Assembly (NCBI GenBank): GCA_009602735.1
Contig: WELA01002296.1
Coordinates: 267,972-288,507, forward strand
Origin: Mesotaenium endlicherianum
Lineage: Eukaryota
Length of the DNA stretch: 20,536 nt
Reading direction: 5' to 3'
Part shown: one piece after another, positions 1 through 9,209 of the stretch
Layout of the letters: every line of letters begins with the position of its first letter
Numbering within the stretch: the first letter of the stretch is position 1
Notes under the pieces: model-generated
Told to the model about the DNA's origin: nothing
Seen by the model: the letters and a program-made list of their open reading frames with translations, nothing else
Databases searched by the model: none
Translations under genes and position numbers: made by a program

Positions 1-660
1 ATGTGCACTCGGGCAAGGGTCACAGGCAGGGCCAACGCTCGCTAGGGCGCCACATACTGCTGCTGCAGATTGCCTAAACCCGCACCCGGAACCCTCAACC
101 CCCCTCCCTAAGCCACGGGACAGGTGGCTATGCACTTGGGGAGTACTAGCAAGCAGGGGCAAGGCCCGTGGGATGCCGCATGCTGCTGCTCCAGGTGGCG
201 ACGGGATTGCCAAGCACAGGTGGCTGTGCACTCGGGAAGAAGCGACAAGCAGGAGAACGCCCCCAGAGATGCCCCATGCTACTGAACCAGACTCTTCCCC
301 CCCTCCGTTTTTCTCCCCGCCCCTGCCTTCGCCCCAGCCCCCGTCACCCCCTTCCCTGNTCCGCCGTCTGCCCCCCAGCCCCCACCCCCGCCCCCGCCCC
401 CGCCCAGAGCCAGAGCAGGCACCAGGGGAGCGTTTGGCACAATAGTGTTAAGGGTCAGTTGTAATGTCCCAGTGGAATCATGCCCAGCGTGCCATTTGCC
501 GTTTTCCCCCAAAACAGAGCCAGCGCTGGCACCAGGGGAGCGTTTGACACGATAATTCTTTACAGTATTACACCCTTCCCCCCCACTAGCAGGGCCTTGC
601 TTGTGTTTCGTCTGCTGCCTGCGACCAGCCCCACTCAGAGCCAGAGCAGGCACCAGGGGA
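1..660. repeat. Two sets of degenerate intronic tandem repeats in a Haspin intron
   Basis: TGCACTYGGG at 4, 131 and 227. CAGAGCCAG(A/C)GC(A/T)GGCACCAGGGGA at 405, 515 and 636. Confidence 0.75.
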
Positions 661-732
661 ATTAGAGCAAGACCAATGAAAGGAAGCACAGGGGAGAAGG
701 GGAGGGGGAAGAAGGGAGGGGGATTACTTTAC

Positions 733-856
733 CCGCTGTGTTTCGCCATTGACAGGCATGTCCCCGTCCATGGGCACGATCTTGAAGCACAGCCCGGGTG
801 CTCCGAAGGCCTCCCCAAAGGTCCCCTCTCCCAGCTTCCGGATGCTCGAGATGTCA
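733..856 (-). CDS. HASPIN: Haspin exon: kinase Gly-rich loop and catalytic Lys region
   Basis: Acceptor ctctctctttttag|T, donor CGG|gtaaag. The 124 nt encode (C)DISSIRKLGEGTFGEAF...CFKIVPMDGDMPVNGETQR. Confidence 0.93.
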
Positions 857-3800
857 CTAAAAAGAGAGAGAGAGAGGGCCACATGGGGGACAACACACAC
901 AGGCTCAAGAGTATAAGGCCACGAGTAAAAGAAAGACGGAAAGAACAAGCTGCCGCTTCACCCACGCTGGTCACGATGACCCAGCCCCCAACCTGTGGCT
1001 GGAAACAAGCGTGAGTAGAGAAACGGAAACTTCTCCTTGTTCCACCCTACCTTGTTTATTTCAGTGATGAGCGTCAGCCGTCCTACTGCACGAGTTAGCA
1101 CTCACCCACAAGCTGATATAGACGTACGGACGGCTCGCAAGAAGTAGGAGCCACAATTCACCGCGAGGAGGAGCAGGAGCTGCTGGCGCCACTCACCAGA
1201 AGGAGCCAATGGCCTCCTCGAGCGACACCACCTCCGACTGCCCGCACTCCCTCAACAGTGCCTCGAAGCCCGACAAGATCTCCTCCTCCTCCTCCTGCTG
1301 CTGCTCCTCCTCCTGTCTCTCCTGCTCCTTCTCCTCCTCCGCCTCCGCCTCCTCCTTTGCCTCCTCGGCCTCCTCCTCCTCCTGCTCCACCTGCTCCACC
1401 TGCTCTTCTTTTGGCACCAGCTCTGGTACCACCACAGCAGCCACCCTTTGCTCCTCGGTGTGGGGCAGAACCCCCGCCTCTTCTGACTGTGCCTCCTCTG
1501 ACTCCCCCTCCTCCGGCCCAGCCTCCTCTGGTCCAGCCTCCCCTGGCCCAGCCTCCCCTGGCTCAGCCTCCCCTGGCCCCGCCTCCTCTAAATCTGAGCT
1601 AGGCTCTTGCGCCCCCCCATTGCAAGCCCCACGGCCGTCCCCTTCCTCCTCCTCCTCCTCCTCCTCCTCCTCCTCCTCCTCCTCCTCCTGCCGTTCCTGG
1701 CCTTGTTCCTCCCCTTCCTCCTCAACCTCCTCCTGGAGGTCCTTGTCCGCCACTAATTCTGTCATCGCCTCGATCTTAACCTGCTGTACGTGGGCTCCTG
1801 CCAGCTGGCACGGGGTCTCTGGTATCTCGGCCCGCGCAGCAGCAGCCTCTCCGGGAGTCTCTCCATGGACCAGCAGCCCCCCTGCAGAGCCTCCTGTCTG
1901 ACAGGGCGTCTGCAATCCTCCCCATCCTGCTGCGGGCAGGCGATCCTCCATCCACCCCTCCCTCCTGTGATCTGCATGCGCTTCCTCCCATGCCCCTGCC
2001 CCTGCCCCTGCCCCTGCCCCTGCCCCTCCCCCTGCGCCTGCGCCTGCCCCTGCCCCTGCCCCTGCCCCTGCCCCTTCCTCCGACAGCCATCGATCTTCAT
2101 CTGCACCTGCATCTGCCGACAACGCTGCAGACAGCTCTCTGGCAGCCTGGCGTATGCGGCTAGCGGGCCCTCTTCTCTGGAGGGCGGCCTGCTCCTCCTC
2201 CGCGTGCTCCTCTGCCACGCTCCCCTCCCAGCCCCTGCTGCGGAGCCACGTCTCCCTGTCCTGCCAGGTGGCGAACTCGCAGCCGCCGGCCCCGTCGACA
2301 CCTGGCAGCCAACCGGGGTTCGCCTTGGGGGCGGGGCTCTCCTCCTCCAGCTCGAAGGCGTCCACCTCCGCAAAGTAGGCCTGCTGCGTGCGCACAAACT
2401 TCTGGGGGAGCTCGTACTTCTTCCTCGGCCGCTGCTGGCCCTGGTGCTGCCAGGTGGAGAGAGAGACACATCCCATGAGGATGGGGAGAGACAATCAAGG
2501 TGGGTGGAGGGTCATCCCATGTTAGTGACTGTCAGATACATCCCATGTCAGTGCAGTTGGCAGTCAAGTGGGGTAGAGGGTCATCCCATGTTAGCAGAGT
2601 ACACACGCCACTTACCTCCCGTGTCAGAGCAGTCGGCAGCGTGTCCTGCTTCTGCTGCCACCTGCACTGCTGGCTGTGAAGCTGCGGGGGGTGGAGATGC
2701 ACCCCATGGGGGTGGAGGAAGACGTTACATGGGGTGATAGAAGGATTATATGAGAAAGTGGTGTCCATTTGCCGACACTTCATTCCATGGAGGTCAGTCT
2801 ACAGATTGTAGAGAAGAATAATTGTTGATTGGCTGGCTCTTTTCTGGCTGATTTTAAATGTGCCCAGGTAGGAGTAGGAATGCTGAGTGTGATATAAGCA
2901 GAGACTAAACCCTGAGGATCCTGCAATGATCCCTTCTCCTGCAAGACTTGAAGGTTCCAGAAGACTGAGGTCAAAATTGGTCAAACGTGTGACGAAAGAG
3001 GGGGGCCAGCTTCAAGGCTTTGCAGACCCCACCTGCGGGGAAGGTGTGAGTCCCAAAGCTTCCGAGTCTCTTCTGTGGTCCCCACCATCTTCAGTTTCAA
3101 GCTTGGGCTCCCAGTCATGATCTGCTTGTGCTGACGTCCCCACAGAGGAGTCTCGGAAGGTGGGGCGCGAGATGATGCTGCTCCTTCTGCCTCCTTTCCT
3201 ACACATTCAGAACTCACATTCAGAACTCAATGCACCCTCATTATCTACACCAGAATGATACTCATGCAGTAGGCATTTTAAGAAGCTTCAAGGGGATTCG
3301 ACATTCTTACCCTCCGTCACCAGCTCTCTTGTCTGCCGTTTCCACAGGCTTATTTATCTTCACGCTTATTAATAACAAAGTGTGCAGAAGAGTCTAAATG
3401 AACAGGAAAAACTTATACACCACCTACAAAGTACCGACAACAGTTGCATGCTGGGCTGACAACCTGAGCATACCTGAAGAAAAGTGTGTGGTTGATCCAG
3501 CTTGATCTGTCACGCCTGCCTCTGCTCTCTGGGGCCCACCTGCTGCTCAATCACCACCACGGAAGACTTACTAAGACCTAACAACTTTCCCATCCCTGCT
3601 ATAGCCACCCAGATTGAGAGGATGGACATCAAAAGTGCGCGTCCTTACGTCCACCTGTGAAGCTTTCTTGAACCACTCCTCGTAAGGGTGTAGATTACAT
3701 TGACCATTTCCTTCATGCGCATTTATTGCTTTCAAGTACTCTTGGGGATGTATGAAAGACGTGTATAACAAGTGCTATGCCCACGAGACAGCCTTCTGAT

Positions 3801-4492
3801 TACTTATATTGAGCTGCAGCTGTACACATCCAGTACCTGGATGAAGAGGATGCAGTGGGAGAATGAGCGCCGGGATCATTATTCAGCTGGCTGAGTTGAC
3901 GACTTAGGGCATCCATAGCGTCCTTATAAGGTTCTGCACTTTCTTGACCCATTCGGTCTTGGAGAAATGAGCTAGGACCCTCCTCTGCTACTACAGCCCT
4001 CTTATGAGCCGGCTTTTTGCGACGTTGAAAGACCTTGACTTTCTCCCCAGTTTGCCTAATGGGAAACTGAGGGGTTATGAGGATAGGGTATTCCATGTCT
4101 TGAGGAGGGGTCTCAGGAGGAGCTGGATGCAGGGCATGCGTGGAATGAGAGCTAGAAACCCCCTCTGAATCGAATGATGGGGAACCATCCACTTCAAGAA
4201 TACGTGATTGAGGTAAACCTGAAGCGATAAAATTTTCATTTTCTTCAGTGCAATCAGTCATAGACGAGACATGATCTTTCTGCAGTAAACATTCTTTCTG
4301 AGAAGGTGTGGCAGGTGTTTCGGGATCAGTTGATTGCCCATCGCCATTGTTTTCTTGGTCCAGACTAAGAGCTTGGCACTTTTTTCTCACACGATCGCTT
4401 CCCGCATTGCTCTTATTGGAGATGTCAGAAAGACAATCTCTGATTTTGATATGCTTCGAGTACTGACCACCTCTCCGAGTATTAACAGGCAT
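733..4492 (-). CDS. HASPIN: Haspin (histone H3 Thr3) kinase gene, 5' portion; multi-exon and truncated by the left window edge
   Basis: Spliced translation gives ...LLRECGQSEVVSLEEAIGSF-C-DISSIRKLGEGTFGEAFGAPGLCFKIVPMDGDMPVNGETQR. This matches plant Haspin as I recall it (LLSACGQ...FCEPESIVKIGEGTYGEAF...CKIVPIDGDFRVNGEVQK). The N-terminal plant-Haspin motifs VFQRRKKP and YFAEVDAFELEEESP are also present. GT-AG sites are phase compatible. Confidence 0.93.
1197..2446 (-). CDS. HASPIN: Haspin large exon: acidic, low-complexity N-terminal region up to the start of the kinase domain
   Basis: Lies within ORF 1193..2494. Acceptor tctctctctccacctggcag|CAC. Donor TG|gtgagt is phase 2 and joins the T of the next exon to make Cys. 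Contains YFAEVDAFELEEESP and LLRECGQ. Confidence 0.88.
1991..2074 (-). repeat. Coding hexamer repeat (GGGGCA)n encoding poly(Gly-Ala)
   Basis: (TGCCCC)n on the + strand within the large Haspin exon. Confidence 0.9.
2616..2681 (-). CDS. HASPIN: Possible small internal Haspin exon (LHSQQCRWQQKQDTLPTALTRE)
   Basis: Good acceptor (ctccacccccccgcag) and donor (GAG|gtaagt), 66 nt, phase 0-0. No homology support. Confidence 0.45.
3033..3198 (-). CDS. HASPIN: Probable internal Haspin exon ((R)KGGRRSSIISRP...LTPSPQ)
   Basis: Sites are gtgtag|G and CAG|gtgggg. Phase 2-to-0 bridges exon 1 (phase 2) to the phase-0 large exon. GRRSSII loosely resembles the plant Haspin RGRESI motif. Confidence 0.45.
3474..3539 (-). 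CDS. HASPIN: Possible small internal Haspin exon ((R)WAPESRGRRDRSSWINHTLFF)
   Basis: Phase 2-2, 66 nt, strong donor AG|gtatgc, weak acceptor. RDRSSW loosely resembles the RDSW motif of plant Haspin. Confidence 0.3.
3837..4492 (-). CDS. HASPIN: Haspin first coding exon (disordered N-terminus)
   Basis: ATG-initiated 230-codon ORF containing KVFQRRKKP (compare Arabidopsis Haspin AVFQRRKKP). Candidate donor AG|gtactg, phase 2. Confidence 0.72.
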
Positions 4493-4654
4493 TTCTTCGA
4501 CTGAGGACGCTGCAGAGCCAAAACGAACAACAGAATCAAAATTATCGTTAAGGTTGTCAATGAGAATATAGTACTCTGTTCAAGATTATGGTGTGCATCA
4601 TGGCGTCCTAGCACGTCCTAGCACGACTATGCAACTCGTAATCGATGGAGAAGG

Positions 4655-4763
4655 TTTGAAGTGGTTTGAATATTTGAAATTTGTGCTTGGAGGTGTATGT
4701 ACGATCTCGTCCTCTTGGCGGGCGGATTCAAAGGGCCAAGCCGATGGGATATTTGACGGTTAA
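4655..4763. promoter_or_regulatory. Cluster of CHR-like TTTGAA sites and a Myb/MSA-like site upstream of Haspin
   Basis: TTTGAA at 4655, 4665 and 4673. TTCAAA at 4727 follows TGGCGGGCGG. GACGGTTA at 4755. All lie 160-270 nt upstream of the Haspin ATG. Confidence 0.35.
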
Positions 4764-5854
4764 GGGATATAAGAGGGGGGGGAAGCGCAAGCAAGCGCGT
4801 GCACAACGCTTGCACGCGCAAACTCAGAGTTGCTTCACACAATCGTCACAACAATCTCCCTGCTAGTTATAATTGCGACGCCTCAACAGCGAGTTTTGCG
4901 TGCTTTTCCGCCAAGTTTCAGCACATAAATGAAGATGTTATTCGTTAAACTGTTGAAGAGCTGTGTGACAACGTCTTCAATCAATTTTTGAACCTGAAAA
5001 ACCGTGACAAAGGTGGACAAACGTGGACTACAATTGACTGAAGCCATCGTGCTGCCATCAGATGTGATTAGATGCCATTACTCATGCACATGGTGGAACA
5101 TGGAGTGACATGGAGGAGAGAAACTGAGGTGCAGGTCCTGGCCAGGTCCTGGCACATCCTGGCAGGTTTTCCAGTGGCTGGCCCAGGCTGGCCTGACTAG
5201 ATACTGAGTCAACCCTCCAACTTTTTCAAAAATATCTTAACATGCACGAGGTGTGCATCCTTGAGCATTGACTGCACCGATTGGTATCAATGGCATGGAT
5301 TTCCCATCGATGATGACAGTATACTAGCACGAGCTCGTACGAGTTTGTGCGATCTTACACGAGCTCTCAAGGTCGGTTGTAGGAAGTTGCACTCCTTGAC
5401 AGCAGTGTCAAGGTCCTCCAAGTCAGCTTGGGAACCAGATCCACGTCGTTTCCTGCTGACGTGCTGGAGCCTGTGGCGAAGGCTGAAGCCTGGACGCAGC
5501 CAGTAGTGGCCGGTAGGGGAAGTGATGCAGAAAAGTCGAGAAAAAGCGAAAGCATACGGCTCGGCTTCAAATGGTGACAAAATTATGACCTGTTGGTAGG
5601 GCAGTCCATCTGGATGCACTTTCTGGCAAAAGTTCATTCAAAAGCTTCACATTGGGCCTGCATATGTGAATACAGAAGTTGTTCATGAACGTTTGAAAGC
5701 AGCTATAAGGCAACTGGAGGGCTTCCCTCTGCTGTAGATTGAAAAAAGGGCACGTATATTTCCACTCCATTACCCACCATATTCTTGAGTCGTTTGGATT
5801 GCAACAAAAGAGTTCATAGTGTAATTTCAAAAGGATTATCGTCCACAGTCGACT

Positions 5855-7334
5855 ATGGCGTCCATCATCACTCTTCAAGCAATTTCGTTGGGTGTACAGT
5901 GTTTAAGTCCATCAAATGTGGGTGCCCCTCGAGAGGCAAAAACAATTCGCTGTGCTAAGGTATCAAACATAGTGCGGCCTTCAGCACACAGGAGGTCAGA
6001 AGCTCCAGAATCTAGCGAAAGACACTTGTTCCCAAAACTGTACATGGCGAAGCCAAGGGATGATTCTTTGCTGAGAGCAATGCAGCAAGAGTCGGCTGCA
6101 AGAAACGATGAACAGAACGATGCCATGACTACTATTTTGGACGATGCTGCATACGCAACGGGAACCAGATGGATTAACGAAGACTACCTTCAGCTCAGCA
6201 TGCGTTCATACCAGTAAGTTCTTCAGTATGCCACTGCTTCAATATGACACCTTACAATATTTCTTTCGCCATTGTGTTACGTCCAAAACAAGTGCATTTC
6301 GAGGTTGGGAATATGGACTGAAATTTCAAGGCATCACCTCTTTGGACCATATTCATAGTACAATCAGGGCAAGACGTCAGAACCTCTGCTCAGTATTCTG
6401 TATGATGAAGACTTATCTTTGAAAGAGTGCCAGCAGACTAAATGTTGTAAAATCTGGGGACTAGAAGGCTACCAATAAAACCTCATTTATTTGTTTTTTT
6501 TTCGTTCTTCTTTTGGGTAAAATAAATTCCTCAGGATCATCAAGGACGAGGCACAGCACGCTCTACAGCACCACTTCGAGGAGAAGGCGCCAGCCGTGAC
6601 ACCCCAGCAGGTTCTGCACTCATGCTGCGCGATGGACGCAAACCACACCTTCTTCTGTGGTGAGCAGCTCTCATACCCAAGAACTTCTCACTCCCACTGC
6701 TGCTCTAGCTCCTAGAGTCCTACCTAGCTGGGAAGATTAGCATCCGCTAGATCATCCAGAAAAGCGTATATGTGTTATCAACGGCTGTCTATATAAATGT
6801 ATATACGAATGACTGGCTCCTGCTAGCAGCCGCAAGTAGTACAGAGAGATTAGCATCAGCTAGATCAGCTGGAAGTGCCTATATACACGTAATTAATGGC
6901 TGGCTCCTGCTAGCAGCTGCAAAGAATGCAGACTTTGGTAGCTTCGTGGTAGTTACTTCATAAAGGTGAGAAGGTGCTGACTCCTGAGAGGAAGAAAGCG
7001 TTTTCACCAATGCGGATAGGAAGCCCTGCACCGATAAGACTGCAAAATTAGAGTATAAAAGTTATTCAAAAAGATAAAAAAAGAATGACAGATAAGTCAT
7101 GCAGGAACCTAACTTCGTGTAACTACCTACTCGTGTAACTTCGTGTAATTACCTACTCCAGCGTGCTCAGAGCAGTTTTATTGTAGATCGATGTGAAGGA
7201 GGCAGAGGGGTTTTTGACAGCCCCGATCTCTCCCGCCGATTGCGCTTGCAGGGCATCTGAACGACGTGAGCCATGCAGTGAGCCCCGCGTGCATCTGGAC
7301 AGACTCCGTCAAGTTCGGCACAACCCACACGTGA
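5855..7334 (+). CDS. Uncharacterised 188-aa protein, 3 exons (5855-6213, 6535-6659, 7252-7334), putative plastid transit peptide
   Basis: Splice sites CA|gtaagt, cctcag|G, G|gtgagc and cttgcag|GG are canonical and phase compatible. They give one open frame: MASIITLQ...KTIRCAK...SMRSYQ-IIKDEAQHALQHHFEEKAPAVTPQQVLHSCCAMDANHTFFC-GHLNDVSHAVSPACIWTDSVKFGTTHT*. Confidence 0.68.
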
Positions 7335-9039
7335 AAGGGCTGGTTGGGCGCTGGTCGGGCGCAGCCACGGAAGCCACATGGGGCCTCTCTGTGAGCATGC
7401 GCATCCACCATCTCTGTTCGTAATATTTGAGCTGAAGTATCCTGCGAGGGACCTGCACTTGCAGGCAGGCAGCCTTTCTTGGGACGTGAATCTGTGTAAG
7501 AAAAGGGTATGTAATTATGAGATTGTTAGGAGCCAAGTAGTACTCGGTGTATCATAGGCTTTTTGTAGATTTGTACAGGCACACTTTTACCCCAACAGAC
7601 ACAGTCTTATCCCTTTGCTTTTCTGGCAAGCAAGGGCTTACTCGACAGGCTGTACAATTGAGCGGAAGGACGTGCGGGGGGCACGTACCTCGAAGCAATT
7701 ACTATGGTGGTGTACCATGCACTACTGGTCCCTTCTTTGTTCCACTTTGGAATAGCCAGGAGTTGAGTATATACAATAAGCACACATAATCTCATGCTTA
7801 GGACTCCCCAGACTCCTCGGACCACTTCCCAGATGTCTTTTTTTGCACTACGATATGTGAAGACCAAGCCTTTCATCGTTTCGCATTGCGTACATGGCTT
7901 GGTCTTGAGCTTGTGCTGTGATCGGTGTGCACAGTGCTTAGTTTCCTGCTTGTCATTTTGAGTCAGCTTAGATCAAACAGCTCTTAGAAGTAATTACTGC
8001 CAGGTATGATTACAATAATGCTTGAGACAAGCTCCTCTGCTTCTGTGAGTTCTATTTTAAATTACCAGTTTACGACACGTACGTTGACTTATCTTTTGAG
8101 ACCCCGCAGAGGTATGAAACGACAATTTCTGTTGCAGGCAGGCATACACTGTACGTGCTTGTAAAAAAAATGCATAATGAAGTTCCTTGATGAATGAATA
8201 ACATGGGTACTATATGTATGCCTTGGAAAAAGTTGATGACGTTAATATATGCATGATACGTCAGTCGGGCGGAAACAATGCAAGCCTTTGCTTTAGTTAT
8301 TTATGGTCCATACACTTTGAGCGGGCAACGTGGACATGAGGAAGGTAATACACATGCAAAGCTAGATTATCATAAGCAGGTATATATACTAACAAACATA
8401 GTTGTGTATAGTTGTACTGAGTATGTAGTCTCGGATCCTCCAACGTTAATAAAATGTGAAGGTAGAAAATAGGAGCTCAAAAATAGTAGCAGTACTTCAT
8501 CACGATGCATGATACAAATTTTTTGAACAATGAATTTATTTCTATAAATCCTGGAAATATACAATCAAATGCCATGCACCCCCCCCATACCACGTCTTAA
8601 TTAATGCACAAGTAGCTATCTTAAGCATATACTTTAATGTGAACCTGCACACGATGTAAGCTCATGCAGGACATGAACTCTTGCTGCATAAGGCCACTTT
8701 GCCCTAAACCTTGCCTTCATATCCAAATCAATCTACATACAGCACGCCGCAGAATGCTTTGCTGGAGCCATCGCCACTGACAAATTCCGCAAAAAGGACG
8801 GTGTTCCCAACTTCACTTTCACAAGCTTGTGCGTATGAAAAAAGTTGCGCCAAGGCGTTTCATCAAATCCAGGTCCACACTGCGGCTGCAAGATCTGCAA
8901 GCTTTGAATTACAACACACAGTGCAGACTTATCACACTTTCGACCAGCCAGTGCCATTACTCAGCGCTAAAAAAATCGTCATCTTATGTACACTCCATAT
9001 CTTACATGATGGAAGATAACCAGTTCAAAAATTTGTCCC

Positions 9040-9209
9040 CTACAATATAGAACCTGTGGCTACAACCAGCGGCCGCTTTGCACTCTCCGACCTCCTTCCA
9101 TGCACGTGCTTGTCGAGAAATGCTTGAGCTGTGTTGCTGAATCGCACGTTCACCGCACTTGCCGCCGCATATTGCTCCATCAGCGCAACCACGGCCGGGC
9201 TAAGAATCT
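9040..9209 (-). CDS. ARMC7: ARMC7 exon 7 (terminal)
   Basis: Acceptor ttcttcaaccctgcag|AG. Encodes [16 protein letters not shown]...AFLDKHVH...SIL*. Confidence 0.9.

Noticed and set aside
1209..2737. Long + strand and alternative-frame ORFs (poly-Ser, poly-Pro, CPCPCP, RGRGRG)
   Set aside because: They are shadow frames of the GC-rich repetitive Haspin exon.
3311..3393. Additional Haspin exon with donor G|gtaaga
   Set aside because: I could not join it in phase to neighbouring exons without a stop, so it is left unresolved.
5261..5878. Several 70-116 aa ORFs as a transposase remnant
   Set aside because: No recognisable domain, catalytic motif or terminal repeats.
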